A stretch of DNA of 59,300 nucleotides from an uncultured Oscillospiraceae bacterium (GCA_944386955.1 CALXDB010000001.1:1-59300); one strand, 5' to 3'. Counted from the first letter of the stretch, positions 24,390-33,786 are shown. The notes: a model not told the origin generated them from the sequence alone. Made by a program: numbers and translations.

Positions 24390-24670
24390 GCGTTCTCCCC
24401 TCCGCCAAGCTGCTGAAGGAAATCCATCAGTCCGCCGCCCCCCTGTTCCCCCTCCAGGGCCAGCAGCAGCTCCAGGGCCTTGGTGCGGTCAAAGAACTTC
24501 AGCTCCATAGCGCCGTTGGCATGGCACTTGAATTCCGCCACCCCCTCCAGCCTCAGCTTCCGGATATCCACGCCCTCCTCCATGGCCAGGCGGATGGCGT
24601 CGTTGGGCCGGTAGAAGGCCAGCCGCTCCAGAAGTCCGATCAGATCCTCCCGGCTTTTTCTCCTGCTCAT
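24386..24670 (-). CDS. truncated terminase small-subunit-like protein (C-terminal part only)
   Basis: 94 aa from ATG 24670 (AAAGGA RBS). [30 protein letters not shown] matches the conserved C-terminal block of Firmicute-phage TerS proteins (…iKl.DKlkALElLgk), recalled from memory. No N-terminal HTH segment is present. The stop overlaps the TerL start as ATGA. Confidence 0.55.
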   Translation of the reverse strand: MSRRKSREDLIGLLERLAFYRPNDAIRLAMEEGVDIRKLRLEGVAEFKCHANGAMELKFFDRTKALELLLALEGEQGGGGLMDFLQQLGGGENA

Positions 24671-24709
24671 GTACTCATCCTTTCCAACCCCGGGGGCTGC
24701 GGGGAAAAA

Positions 24710-24728
24710 ATTGCACGAAAACGTGCAA
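24710..24728. promoter_or_regulatory. perfect 7-4-7 palindrome TTGCACG-AAAA-CGTGCAA upstream of the phage-like cluster
   Basis: Read directly. It lies 40-58 nt upstream of the TerS-like ATG, inside the divergent ridA/cluster intergenic region. Confidence 0.3.
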
Positions 24729-24767
24729 CCAAAAATTTTCTCCGGCGGCCTGCCGCCCCTCTCTCCA

Positions 24768-24795
24768 TTGACATTTCGAAGCAATCTGGTACAAT
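24768..24795 (+). promoter_or_regulatory. near-consensus sigma-70 promoter for ridA
   Basis: TTGACA (24768-24773), a 16-nt spacer, then TGgTACAAT (extended -10, 24787-24795), 35 nt upstream of the ridA ATG. Confidence 0.55.
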
Positions 24796-24829
24796 GAAGC
24801 CATCACCAACAGAAACGGAGGAGATTCCC

Positions 24830-25207
24830 ATGAAGAAGATCATCGCCACCGACAAGGCGCCCGCCGCCATCGGTCCTTATAGCCAGGGTGTCAGCGCCGG
24901 CAGCCTGACCATCACCAGCGGTCAGCTGCCCATCGACCCCGCCACCGGGGCCTTTGCCGAGGGCGGCATTGCCGGTCAGACCCGCCAGTCTCTGGAGAAC
25001 GTGAAGGCCGTCCTGGCCGCCGCGGGCTACGAGATGAGCGACGTCATCAAGACCACCGTGTTCCTCAGCGACATGAACAACTTTGCCGCCATGAACGAGG
25101 TGTACGCCACCTACTTTGCCGGTGAGGCACCCGCCCGCAGCGCCGTGGAGGTAGCCCGTCTGCCCAAGGACGCGCTGGTGGAGATCGAGGCCATCGCCGT
25201 CAAGTAA
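24830..25207 (+). CDS. ridA: RidA family reactive-intermediate (enamine/imine) deaminase
   Basis: [20 protein letters not shown]...[18 protein letters not shown]...[23 protein letters not shown] is the canonical YjgF/RidA sequence. A GGAGGAG RBS is present. Confidence 0.9.
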   Translation: MKKIIATDKAPAAIGPYSQGVSAGSLTITSGQLPIDPATGAFAEGGIAGQTRQSLENVKAVLAAAGYEMSDVIKTTVFLSDMNNFAAMNEVYATYFAGEAPARSAVEVARLPKDALVEIEAIAVK

Positions 25208-25221
25208 CCCCAAAAGCAGAG

Positions 25222-25259
25222 AAAACCGCCGCGAAACATGCTGTTTCTCGGCGGTTTTT
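25222..25259. terminator. bidirectional stem-loop between ridA and the end of the his operon
   Basis: AAAACCGCCGCGAAACA tgc TGTTTCTCGGCGGTTTTT. Confidence 0.65.
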
Positions 25260-25309
25260 CATCCGTCAAAAAAGGAGCACCGAAGCAGCTCTGCTCCGGT
25301 GCTCCTCGT

Positions 25310-26128
25310 CTATTCTCCTATCGGGACATCTACAAACCCCTCCCCGGTGCGGTACACCGTGGAGGAAAAACCACAGGCCGCCGCCAGGGCGAAGGCCTGG
25401 GGATAGCCGAACAAAAGGGACTCTCCGCTGTGGCTGTCGCTGGTGACGGCCACCCTGCCGCCCTTCTCCCGGATCCGCCGGAGAAACACCGGGTCGGGGT
25501 AGGGGGCGGTGCGGTAGCCCCGGGACATAGCTCCGGTGTTGATCTCGAAGATCACATCCCGCTCCAAAAGGGCATCCAGGGCCTCCATGGCCGGACCCCG
25601 ATACCGGGGGTCGGCGGCGTCAAAGAGCCGGTTCCCCTCGTTGAACTTGGTGAAGAGGTCGAAGTGGCCCACGATCTGGCAGCCGGTAGCCTTCGCCACC
25701 TCCGCCTCCAGACGGAAGTAGTCCCGGGCGAAGGCGTAAAAGTCCCCACCGTAGAACTCCCGGGCCGCCCGGACAAAAATGGCCTCGCTCTCATCTACCG
25801 AGAGCACGGCTCCGTCCTTCACCACACAGTGGACGGAGCCGATGAGGTAGTCCCAATCCGGCCCGGCAGGCGGGGAGAAGTAGTCCTGCTCCAGGCCGAG
25901 AAATACGTCCATCTGTCCCCGGTACTGCTCCCGGAGGTCCAGCACCGCCTGGCGGTAAAGGGGCACCGACACCGCCGGCATGCACCAGTCGTCCCCGTCG
26001 GGGAGCGGCGCGTGGCCGGAGAAGCCGATGGCTCCGCAGCCCGCGGCCAGGGCCGCCGCAGCCATCTCCGCCGGGGTGTTCTTCCCGTCGCAGAGGGTGG
26101 TGTGGCAGTGGAGGGTCTGGGGCTTCAT
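25310..26128 (-). CDS. hisJ: histidinol-phosphatase, PHP family
   Basis: [18 protein letters not shown]...GFSGHAP is the PHP-domain HisJ/HisK pattern. It is the last gene of the his operon. Confidence 0.85.
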   Translation of the reverse strand: MKPQTLHCHTTLCDGKNTPAEMAAAALAAGCGAIGFSGHAPLPDGDDWCMPAVSVPLYRQAVLDLREQYRGQMDVFLGLEQDYFSPPAGPDWDYLIGSVHCVVKDGAVLSVDESEAIFVRAAREFYGGDFYAFARDYFRLEAEVAKATGCQIVGHFDLFTKFNEGNRLFDAADPRYRGPAMEALDALLERDVIFEINTGAMSRGYRTAPYPDPVFLRRIREKGGRVAVTSDSHSGESLLFGYPQAFALAAACGFSSTVYRTGEGFVDVPIGE

Positions 26129-26775
26129 TTGGTCATCTTCTCCTGCTTCACCTTGTGGTCGATAACATGGCGGCTGGCCAGCTCCGCCAGGATATCGTCC
26201 ACGCTGATGCCCATCTCCACCATCAGCACCATGACGTGGTACATAAGGTCCGCGATCTCATAGATGGTCTCCGCCTTGTCCTCCGCCTTGCCGGCGATGA
26301 TGACTTCAGTGGACTCCTCGCCCACCTTCTTGAGGATCTTGTCGAGACCCTTCTGGAAGAGGTAGGTGGTGTAGGACCCCTCGGGGAGATCCCGCTTCCG
26401 GCCTTCCAGAAGGCCGTAGAGGCCTTTGACGGAGAAGGGCTCCGGGGATTCGCCAATGAAAACCTTGTCACTGAAGCAGGAGTCGGTGCCCAGATGGCAG
26501 GCGGGGCCGGTCTTGTTCACCCGGATCACCAGGGCATCCCGGTCGCAGTCGGCGGTGATGTCCACCACATACTGCACGTTGCCGCTGGTCTCCCCCTTCC
26601 GCCACAGCTCCTGCCGGGACCGGGACCAGAAGCAGGTGCGGCCCTCCTTCATGGTGATCTCCAGGCTCTCCCGGTTCATGTAGGCCAGGGTCAGAACCTC
26701 CTTGGTGGTGGCATCCACCACGATGGCGGGAAGGAGGCCGTGGCCGTTGAATTTCAAATCGTCAATGGAAAGCAT
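26125..26775 (-). CDS. hisIE: bifunctional phosphoribosyl-AMP cyclohydrolase / phosphoribosyl-ATP diphosphatase
   Basis: HisI part: GLLPAIVVD...[10 protein letters not shown]...[18 protein letters not shown]. HisE part: [22 protein letters not shown]...[11 protein letters not shown]. Confidence 0.9.
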   Translation of the reverse strand: MLSIDDLKFNGHGLLPAIVVDATTKEVLTLAYMNRESLEITMKEGRTCFWSRSRQELWRKGETSGNVQYVVDITADCDRDALVIRVNKTGPACHLGTDSCFSDKVFIGESPEPFSVKGLYGLLEGRKRDLPEGSYTTYLFQKGLDKILKKVGEESTEVIIAGKAEDKAETIYEIADLMYHVMVLMVEMGISVDDILAELASRHVIDHKVKQEKMTK

Positions 26776-26787
26776 ATTCGTTCTCCT

Positions 26788-27546
26788 TTATACGCGCATA
26801 ATGATGCCCCGGTCCGCCAGGGCTTTTTTCAAATCGGGGATCTGGACCTCGCCAAAGTGGAAAATGGAGGCGGCGAGGCCTGCGTCCACCTTGGGAAGGG
26901 TCTCAAAGAGGGTGACAAAATCTTCGATGCACCCGGCGCCGCCGGAGGCGATCACCGGCACGTTCACCGCGTCGCAGACGGCGGAGAGCATTTCAAGGTC
27001 AAAGCCCTTCTTTACCCCGTCGGTGTCGATGCTGTTGAGGACGATCTCCCCGGCGCCGCTGGCGACGCCTTTTTTGATCCATTCGATGGCGTCCAGGCCC
27101 GTGTCCTCCCGGCCGCCCTTGGCGAAGACCCGGAACTGGCCGTCCACCCGCTTGGCGTCCACGCTGAGGACCACGCACTGATCCCCGTAGCGCTGGGCGG
27201 CGGCGGCAATGAGGGAGGGGTCCCGGATGGCTCCGGAGTTGACGCTGACCTTGTCGGCTCCGCATTTGAGGACCCGGTCGAAGTCGTCCACGGTGTTGAT
27301 GCCGCCCCCCACGGTGAGGGGGATGAAGATGGTGGAGGCCACCTCGGTGAGAATGTCGGTGAAGAGGGCCCGGCCCTCGGCGGAGGCGGTGATATCGTAG
27401 AACACCAGCTCGTCGGCGCCGCAGTCGCTGTAGAACTTGGCCAGCTTCACGGGACTGGACACGTCGCTGAGCCCTAAGAAGTTGACCCCCTTCACCACCC
27501 GACCGTCCTTTACATCGAGACAGGGAATGATCCGCTTGGTGATCAC
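26788..27546 (-). CDS. hisF: imidazole glycerol phosphate synthase cyclase subunit
   Basis: [20 protein letters not shown]...[13 protein letters not shown]...GADKVSVNS is canonical HisF. Confidence 0.95.
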   Translation of the reverse strand: MITKRIIPCLDVKDGRVVKGVNFLGLSDVSSPVKLAKFYSDCGADELVFYDITASAEGRALFTDILTEVASTIFIPLTVGGGINTVDDFDRVLKCGADKVSVNSGAIRDPSLIAAAAQRYGDQCVVLSVDAKRVDGQFRVFAKGGREDTGLDAIEWIKKGVASGAGEIVLNSIDTDGVKKGFDLEMLSAVCDAVNVPVIASGGAGCIEDFVTLFETLPKVDAGLAASIFHFGEVQIPDLKKALADRGIIMRV

Positions 27547-28262
27547 TGGTCTCCCCCCTCCAAAATGGCGTCCTCCAGATCCACCGCCCCGGTGTACCAG
27601 GCCTTGCCCACGATGGAGCCGTAGAGGCCCATGTCGCTGAGGCGGGCAATATCCCGGTTACAGGAGATGCCGCCGGAGGCGATAATATCACAGCTGACCG
27701 CCTCCTGGAGAGCGGCCAGACGGTCGTAAGAGGGACCGGAGAGGGTGCCGTCGGTGTCGATATCGGTGAAGATCAGCTTCTGGACGCCGATGGCCTCCAT
27801 CTGCCGGGCGAAGTCCAAGTAGTCGATGCCGGCGTCCTCCACCCAGCCGGCGGTGCGGACCCGGCCGTCCTTGGTGTCGATGCCCACAGCGATGCGGTCG
27901 CTGCCGTAGTGGGCCACGGCGGAGCGGACGAGGTCCGGGTCGCTGACGGCGGCGGAGCCGATGACCGCCCGGTAGATACCCATGGCAAAGATGGCCTCCA
28001 GGTCCTGGATGGTGCGGATGCCGCCGCCCAGCTGAATCTTCAGGCCCACCCGGGACACGGCCTTCACGATGTCCGTGTTCTTCCGCTTGCCGTCCTTGGC
28101 GCCGTCCAGGTCCACCATGTGCATGTGGGTGGCTCCGGCGGCCCGGAAGGCCATGGCGGTAGCCACGGGGTCGTCGGCCACCTGCTGGGCCGTGGCGAAA
28201 TCGCCTTTGTAGAGGCGGACCACCTTGCCGTCCTTTAAGTCGATGGCGGGAAAAATGATCAT
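27543..28262 (-). CDS. hisA: ProFAR isomerase
   Basis: [22 protein letters not shown]...LQLGGGIR...IIASGGI. Confidence 0.95.
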   Translation of the reverse strand: MIIFPAIDLKDGKVVRLYKGDFATAQQVADDPVATAMAFRAAGATHMHMVDLDGAKDGKRKNTDIVKAVSRVGLKIQLGGGIRTIQDLEAIFAMGIYRAVIGSAAVSDPDLVRSAVAHYGSDRIAVGIDTKDGRVRTAGWVEDAGIDYLDFARQMEAIGVQKLIFTDIDTDGTLSGPSYDRLAALQEAVSCDIIASGGISCNRDIARLSDMGLYGSIVGKAWYTGAVDLEDAILEGGDQ

Positions 28263-28891
28263 GTCAGATCCTCCATTTCACAGAAGGCCCGCAGGATACT
28301 GAGCCCCACGGCGCCGCTTTTTTCCGGGTGGAACTGGGTGCCCATGACGTTGTCTCGCGCCACTGCCGCCGTCAGCTCCGGGCCGTACTCGGCGGTGGCG
28401 ATAAGGTCGGCGTCACAGTCCGTGGCGTAGTAGGAGTGGACGAAGTAGACGCAGTCCCCCTCCCGGATATGGCGGAAGAGGGGGCTGACAGGTTTGTTCT
28501 TGGGGAAGTGGAGGGCGTTCCAGCCGATGTGGGGCACCTTGTACCCCGCGGGGACCACCGGTTCCATGCTTACCACCCGTCCGGGGATGAGGCCGAGGCC
28601 CGGGTGCTCGCCGTACTCCAGGCTCTTGTCAAAGAGAAGCTGCATCCCCAGGCAGATGCCGAGGAGGGGCTTGCCCCGGTTGGCCTCCTCGATCACCACC
28701 TGGTCGAGACCGCTTTTCCGGAGAAGCTCCGCCGCGTCGCCGAAGGCTCCCACTCCGGGGAGCACGATCTTCCCGGCGGAGCGGATGACGTCCGGGTCCC
28801 CGGTGACGGTGACCTCTGCCCCTAAGGAGCGGAAGGAACAGGTGAGGGAAAAGAGGTTCCCCACCCCGTAGTCCACAATGGCGATCATCAC
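28259..28891 (-). CDS. hisH: imidazole glycerol phosphate synthase glutaminase subunit
   Basis: IAIVDYGVGNLFS...LPGVGAFG...LGICLGMQLL...FVHSY...GTQFHPEKS. Confidence 0.95.
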   Translation of the reverse strand: MMIAIVDYGVGNLFSLTCSFRSLGAEVTVTGDPDVIRSAGKIVLPGVGAFGDAAELLRKSGLDQVVIEEANRGKPLLGICLGMQLLFDKSLEYGEHPGLGLIPGRVVSMEPVVPAGYKVPHIGWNALHFPKNKPVSPLFRHIREGDCVYFVHSYYATDCDADLIATAEYGPELTAAVARDNVMGTQFHPEKSGAVGLSILRAFCEMEDLT

Positions 28892-29481
28892 AGCACCCCC
28901 TTGGTGGAGGGGATCTCCTGGGCAAAGGCGGGGTCGATGGCTGCCGCCTGACGGAGGGAGCGTCCGAGGCTCTTGAACATGCCCTCAATGATGTGGTGGC
29001 TGTTTCGTCCCGCCAGCTGCTGGACGTGGAGGGTCATGTTGGCCCGGCGGACCAGGGCCAGGAGGAACTCCTCCACCAGCTCCGTGTCAAAGGTGCCCAC
29101 CTTCTCTGTGGGGATCTGGAGGTCGCAGCACAGCATCCCCCGGCCGGAGAGGTCCACGGCGGTGAGGAGGAGGGCCTCGTCCATGGGGAGGGTGCAGCTG
29201 CCGTAGCGGTACACCCCCCGGAGGTCGCCGAGGGCCTTGGCAAAGGCGTCCCCCAGGCAGATGCCGACGTCCTCCACGGTGTGGTGGTCGTCCACCCAGG
29301 TGTCGCCTTTGCAGTGGACCGTCAGATCGAAGCGGCCGTGGCGGGCAAAGAGGGTGAGCATGTGGTCGAGAAAGCCGCAGCCGGTAGCGATGTCGCTCTT
29401 CCCGGTGCCCTCAATGGTGAGAGAGAGGGTGATGTCGGTCTCGGCGGTCTTCCGCTGGATCTGGGCAGAGCGCATGGTCAC
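28888..29481 (-). CDS. hisB: imidazoleglycerol-phosphate dehydratase
   Basis: RKTAETDI...GFLDHML...DDHHTVEDVGI...NSHHIIEGMFK. Confidence 0.95.
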   Translation of the reverse strand: MTMRSAQIQRKTAETDITLSLTIEGTGKSDIATGCGFLDHMLTLFARHGRFDLTVHCKGDTWVDDHHTVEDVGICLGDAFAKALGDLRGVYRYGSCTLPMDEALLLTAVDLSGRGMLCCDLQIPTEKVGTFDTELVEEFLLALVRRANMTLHVQQLAGRNSHHIIEGMFKSLGRSLRQAAAIDPAFAQEIPSTKGVL

Positions 29482-30542
29482 ACCTCCTTGAGAATTTCAC
29501 GGACCTTCTCCAGCAGCACGTCCATCTGCTCCCTGGAGCCGATGGTGATGCGGACGTGGTTCTGGAGGGCGGGCTTGTTCCAGTAGCGCACCAGCACGCC
29601 CCGGCGCTTCAGCTCCCGGTAGAGGTCGCCGCCGGAGAGCTTGGGGCAGCTGGTGAAGATGAAGTTGGCCTGGGAGGGAAGGGTGGTGAAGCCCAGCTTC
29701 CCCAGCTCCTCCACGGTGTAGGCCCGGTTTTCCGCGATGATCTTCGCGTTCTTTTTATAGTAGTCGTCGCTGTCCACGGCGGCCTCGGCGGCCACCAGGG
29801 TCAGGCGGTTTAAGTTGTAGGGGTTGGTGGAGTACTTGATCTTGTTGAGGTCCTCGATGAGGGCCTTGCTGCCAAGGGCGAAGCCTATGCGGCCTCCGGC
29901 CATGGACCGGGACTTGGAGAAGGTCATGCACACCAGGAGGTTCTCGTACTTTTTGATGAGGGGATAGCAGCTCTCCGCCCCAAAGTCCACATAGGCCTCG
30001 TCGATGAGGACGACATGGTTGGGATTGGTCTGGACGATCTTCTCGATGTCCGCCACGGAGATCACCCGGCCCGTGGGGGCGTTGGGGTTGGCGATGACCA
30101 CGTTCTGGTGGAGACCGCAGTAGTCCTCCGGCTCCAGGCGGAAGTCCTCCCGGAGGGGGATCACCGTGGCGGGGACGTTGTGAAGGTTGGCATAGACGGG
30201 GTAGAAGCCGTAGCTGATGTCCGGGAAGGCCACGGGGCGCTCGGCGTCACAGAAGGCCATGAAGGCAAAGTTCAGAATGTCGTCAGAGCCGTTGGAGAGG
30301 AACACGTTTTCCTCCCCCACGCCGTAGAGGTCCGCCAGCTTCTTCCGCAGGCGCTTGCAGTCCGGGTCGGGGTACAGGTTCAGCCGTCCCACCTCGTAGG
30401 CGTTCACCGCGGCGATGACCTCCGGGGAGGGGGGAAAGGGGGACTCGTTGGTGTTCAGCTTCACATACTGCATATCCTGGGGCTGCTCGCCGGGGACGTA
30501 GGCCTCCAGGGCGGCGAAGCGGGAACTCATAAATCTGCTCAT
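29478..30542 (-). CDS. hisC: histidinol-phosphate aminotransferase
   Basis: YVKLNTNESPFPPSP...SNGSDD...TFSKSRSMAGGRIG (PLP lysine motif). Start set to ATG 30542, because the longer start overlaps hisD. Confidence 0.9.
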   Translation of the reverse strand: MSRFMSSRFAALEAYVPGEQPQDMQYVKLNTNESPFPPSPEVIAAVNAYEVGRLNLYPDPDCKRLRKKLADLYGVGEENVFLSNGSDDILNFAFMAFCDAERPVAFPDISYGFYPVYANLHNVPATVIPLREDFRLEPEDYCGLHQNVVIANPNAPTGRVISVADIEKIVQTNPNHVVLIDEAYVDFGAESCYPLIKKYENLLVCMTFSKSRSMAGGRIGFALGSKALIEDLNKIKYSTNPYNLNRLTLVAAEAAVDSDDYYKKNAKIIAENRAYTVEELGKLGFTTLPSQANFIFTSCPKLSGGDLYRELKRRGVLVRYWNKPALQNHVRITIGSREQMDVLLEKVREILKEV

Positions 30543-30558
30543 GCTGCGGGCCTTCTTT

Positions 30559-31839
30559 CTATATGGTCTCGTCAAAACGGCTGAGAACGCTGCGGGCGTG
30601 GGCCTCTAAGCCCTCCTGCCGGGCAAAGCGGGCGATCTTGCCGCTGACCTTCCCCAGGGCCTCCGCCGTGTAGTAGGTAAACTGGGTCTTCTTCACAAAG
30701 TCGTCCACGCTGAGGGGGCTCATGAACCGGGCGGTGCCGCTGGTGGGGAGGGTGTGGTTGGGACCGGCAAAGTAGTCCCCAAGGGCCTCCGGGCAGCTGC
30801 GGCCCAGGAATATGGACCCGGCGTGGCGGATCTTGTCGAGATAGTCGAAGGGGTTGTCGAGGCACAGCTCCAGGTGCTCGGGAGCGATCTCGTTGGCGAT
30901 GTCGATGACGGCGGCGAGATCCTCCGCCACGATGATCTTGCCGTTTTGGTCGATGGAGGCCCGGGCGATCTCCGCCCGGGGCAGCAGGGGAATCTGCCGC
31001 TCCAGCTCGTCGCTCACCGCTTTGGCCAGGGTCTCGCTGTCGGTGACCAAAACGGCGGAGGCCATCTTGTCGTGCTCGGCCTGGCTGAGAAGGTCCGCGG
31101 CCACCACCCGGGCATCGCTCTTCCCGTCGGCCACCACCAAAATCTCGCTGGGACCGGCGATCATGTCGATGGCCACCTGGCCGAAGACCTGGCGCTTGGC
31201 CTCCGCCACATAGGCGTTGCCGGGGCCCACGATCTTGTCCACCCGGGGGATGGTCTCGGTGCCGTAGGCCAGAGCCGCCACCGCCTGGGCACCGCCGGTG
31301 CGGAACACCCGGTCCACCCCGGCAATCCGGGCGGCGGCCAGAATGACGGGATGGATGTCGCCAACCCAGGTGGGGGGCGACACCATGACCACCTCACGGC
31401 AGCCGGCGATCTTGGCGGGGATGGCATTCATCAAAACGCTGGAGGGGTAGGCGGCGGTGCCGCCGGGGATGTAGAGGCCCACCCGGTCCATGGGGATCAC
31501 CTTCTGGCCGAGAAGAATGCCCTCCTCCTCGCTGATGACGAAGCTGTTGCGGACCTGACGGCGGTGGAAGCTGCGGATGCGTTCCGCCGCCTCAGTAAGG
31601 ATCTGGCGCAGCTCCCCGTCCAGGGCGTCCACGGCGGCATCCAGCACGGCGGCGGGCACCTCGATCTCCTTCAATTCCGCCTTGTCAAATTTTTCGGCGT
31701 AGCAGCGGAGAGCGGCGTCCCCATCCTTCCGGACGGCGGCGATGATCTCCGCCACGGCGGGGCCTACGCTGGCCACCGCCTCGCAGCGGGAAAAGATCTC
31801 CTCCGGTGAGACCTTTCCATAGGGCAAAATCCGGATCAT
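30559..31839 (-). CDS. hisD: histidinol dehydrogenase
   Basis: [24 protein letters not shown]...QAEHD...APEHLEL...[13 protein letters not shown]. Confidence 0.95.
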   Translation of the reverse strand: MIRILPYGKVSPEEIFSRCEAVASVGPAVAEIIAAVRKDGDAALRCYAEKFDKAELKEIEVPAAVLDAAVDALDGELRQILTEAAERIRSFHRRQVRNSFVISEEEGILLGQKVIPMDRVGLYIPGGTAAYPSSVLMNAIPAKIAGCREVVMVSPPTWVGDIHPVILAAARIAGVDRVFRTGGAQAVAALAYGTETIPRVDKIVGPGNAYVAEAKRQVFGQVAIDMIAGPSEILVVADGKSDARVVAADLLSQAEHDKMASAVLVTDSETLAKAVSDELERQIPLLPRAEIARASIDQNGKIIVAEDLAAVIDIANEIAPEHLELCLDNPFDYLDKIRHAGSIFLGRSCPEALGDYFAGPNHTLPTSGTARFMSPLSVDDFVKKTQFTYYTAEALGKVSGKIARFARQEGLEAHARSVLSRFDETI

Positions 31840-31843
31840 ATCC

Positions 31844-32485
31844 TTACTCCTTCCCCTCCTCCGGCTGCCAGTCGCTGATGCGCTGGGCCAGCTGCCGGAT
31901 GGGCTCGTTTTTGAATTTATAGCTCACCTTGTTGGCGATGAGCCGGGCGCTGATGGGCACGATGTCCACCTTGGGCTCCAGGCCGTTTTCCAGCAGGGTC
32001 CGGCCGGTCTCCACGATATCCACGATCACGTCGCTGAGGCCCAGAAGAGGGGCGATCTCGATGGAGCCGTTGAGCTTGATGATATCGATGTCCCGGCTGA
32101 TGGAGCTGTAGTAGGTCCGGGCGATCCGGGGGAACTTGGTGGCCACCCGGAGGGTGCTGCTGCCCTCGTCGTAAAACTCCTTCCGGCCCGCTACGCACAT
32201 CCGGCACTTGCCGATGCCTAAGTCCGCCAGCTCGTAGATGTCGGGGGCGTACTCCAGCAGAATGTCCTTTCCCGCCACGCCGATGTCGGCGGCGCCCCGC
32301 TCCACATAGATGGCCACGTCCGAGGGCTTCACCCAGAAGTAGCGGACCCCCTTCTTCTCGTTTTCAAACACCAGCTTCCGGTTCTCCTCCTCGATGGAGG
32401 GGCACTCGTAGCCCACCGCCTTGAACATACGGTAGACCTTTTCTCCAAGACGCCCCTTAGGCAGGGCAATGTTGATCATCTCCAT
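31844..32485 (-). CDS. hisG: ATP phosphoribosyltransferase, short form
   Basis: INIALPKGRL...RYFWVKPSDVAIYVERGAADIGVAGKD...VETGRTL. At 213 aa it lacks the C-terminal regulatory domain, consistent with hisZ being upstream. Confidence 0.95.
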   Translation of the reverse strand: MEMINIALPKGRLGEKVYRMFKAVGYECPSIEEENRKLVFENEKKGVRYFWVKPSDVAIYVERGAADIGVAGKDILLEYAPDIYELADLGIGKCRMCVAGRKEFYDEGSSTLRVATKFPRIARTYYSSISRDIDIIKLNGSIEIAPLLGLSDVIVDIVETGRTLLENGLEPKVDIVPISARLIANKVSYKFKNEPIRQLAQRISDWQPEEGKE

Positions 32486-32488
32486 GGG

Positions 32489-33589
32489 TTACGCCTCCTT
32501 CCGCAGATCCCGCAGTTCCCGGTACTTGAGACCGTCGGGGATCTCCTGCTCCACCCGCACCGTCTTGCCGGAGGCCAGAACGGCGTTGGCGGCGGCTGCC
32601 ACGGCGGCGGGGGTGCGGCTGTGGTCATAGAGCAGCAGCACATCCACGTCGTAGTCCCGGCTCTTGGCGCCGAAGCGTTCCAGCTGATCGAGATACACCG
32701 CAAAGCCGATGGCGCCGCCCTCCCGGCCCATTTTCTTCAGGAGATTGTCATACCGGCCTCCCGACAGCACGCCGCTGGCAAGGCCCGGGAGATAGCCCCG
32801 GAAAATGACGCCGCTGTAGTAGTTCATATCGTTGACAATGGAGAAGTCCAGCCGTAGCCGGTCTCCAAGGCCGTACTGCTCCAGAAGGCCCCAGAGCTCC
32901 TGAAGCTCCCGGAGGGCTTCCCGGCTCCCCTCCGTCACCGCCAGCTCCTCCAGCACCGGGAGGGCCTTGGCGGGCGGCGCGTAGAGAAGCGCCAGGCGGC
33001 CGAGGGCCTCCACCGTTTCCTCAGGAAGCCCATGCTCCCGGCCCAGCTGCTGAAGGGCGGGGACGTTTTTCTCCCCCATGGCCTTCAGAAGGGCCGCCTC
33101 CGTCTCCTGAGAGAGGGAGAGGGGGGAGAGAAGACCGGAGACAAAGCCCAGGTGGCTCAGATCCAGGAGATACTCCTCGCTGATGGTCTCCAGGCTCCGG
33201 GCCGCCAGCATCACCACCTCCCCCACGGCGTAGCCGTCCAGAGGGCCGATGCATTCCAGTCCCGCCTGCATGATCTCCCGGTAGCCGTGGGAGGTGGGGG
33301 AGGTGCGGTACACGTTCTCGTGGTAGTAGACCTTCTGCAGCCCCTTGCCGCTGTTGGAGTTTTTCAGAATGGACAGGGTCACATCCGGCTTCAGGGCCAT
33401 GAGCTTGCCGTCCACGTCGGTGAAGGTGAGGATATGGTCGCTGACCAGAAAGCTCTTGTTCCGGACGTACAGGTCGTACTCCTCAAATTTGCTCATCTTA
33501 TAGGGGAGGTAGCCGTGGCGGCGGTACAGCTCCCGCAGCCGGAATACCGCCCGCTCCTCATTTTTCAAAAGAAGCTCCGCGTCCATGGT
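32489..33589 (-). CDS. hisZ: ATP phosphoribosyltransferase regulatory subunit (HisRS paralogue)
   Basis: HisRS-like class II core (FRLRELYRRHGYLPYKMSKFEEYDLY...YYHENVYR...GGRYD). It is the first gene of the his operon. ATG 33589 has an AGGAGG RBS. Confidence 0.85.
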   Translation of the reverse strand, partial: TMDAELLLKNEERAVFRLRELYRRHGYLPYKMSKFEEYDLYVRNKSFLVSDHILTFTDVDGKLMALKPDVTLSILKNSNSGKGLQKVYYHENVYRTSPTSHGYREIMQAGLECIGPLDGYAVGEVVMLAARSLETISEEYLLDLSHLGFVSGLLSPLSLSQETEAALLKAMGEKNVPALQQLGREHGLPEETVEALGRLALLYAPPAKALPVLEELAVTEGSREALRELQELWGLLEQYGLGDRLRLDFSIVNDMNYYSGVIFRGYLPGLASGVLSGGRYDNLLKKMGREGGAIGFAVYLDQLERFGAKSRDYDVDVLLLYDHSRTPAAVAAAANAVLASGKTVRVEQEIPDGLKYRELRDLRKEA

Positions 33590-33729
33590 GAGTCCTCCTG
33601 CATACAATTTCATTTTATCATACCGCCTGGGGGCGGGTTTGGCAACCAAAACTTTCTTTTCTTTAATATGCTAACATGGTAATACATTAGCGAATGAAAG
33701 TCAAGAAAAAGACTGCGGGCGAAAAAGCC

Positions 33730-33759
33730 AAAAAAGGCGGCCTGATGCAGGCCGCCTTT
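33730..33759 (-). terminator. rho-independent terminator downstream of the MOSC gene
   Basis: The minus strand reads GGCGGCC tgcatca GGCCGCC followed by TTTTTT. Confidence 0.7.
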
Positions 33760-33786
33760 GGTGGAAAAAACGGGAGATCCGGCGCG

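Larger units (their letters stand above)
11577..24670 (-). mobile_element. compact phage-like (myovirus/PBSX-type) structural plus lysis gene cluster with no lysogeny or replication modules; candidate domesticated particle or GTA-like element
   Basis: Twenty co-directional ORFs in phage late-operon order. Order: TerS', TerL, portal, protease/scaffold, decoration-like, major capsid protein (MCP), 3 connectors, sheath, tube, 156-aa ORF, LysM, XkdQ-, R-, S-, T- and U-like, XhlA-like, M15 endolysin. The cluster is flanked directly by cstA and by the ridA/his operon. Confidence 0.7.

Noticed and set aside
11230-24830. Searched the cluster and its borders for an integrase/recombinase, a CI/Cro-type repressor, replication genes, a tRNA attachment site or flanking direct repeats.
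   Set aside because: None was recognised by eye. Short att repeats could easily be missed without alignment software, so this is absence of evidence only.
25238-33682. Plus-strand ORFs across the his operon (for example 25238-26263, 26155-27477, 28993-29586, 30754-31809, 33032-33682).
   Set aside because: They are shadow ORFs opposite ten canonical his genes.
33590-33729. A possible T-box or attenuator leader upstream of hisZ.
   Set aside because: The leader is only about 100-140 nt. I could not find a specifier-loop/T-box sequence or a His-codon leader peptide. Only a weak TTGACT-17-TACCAT promoter candidate was seen.
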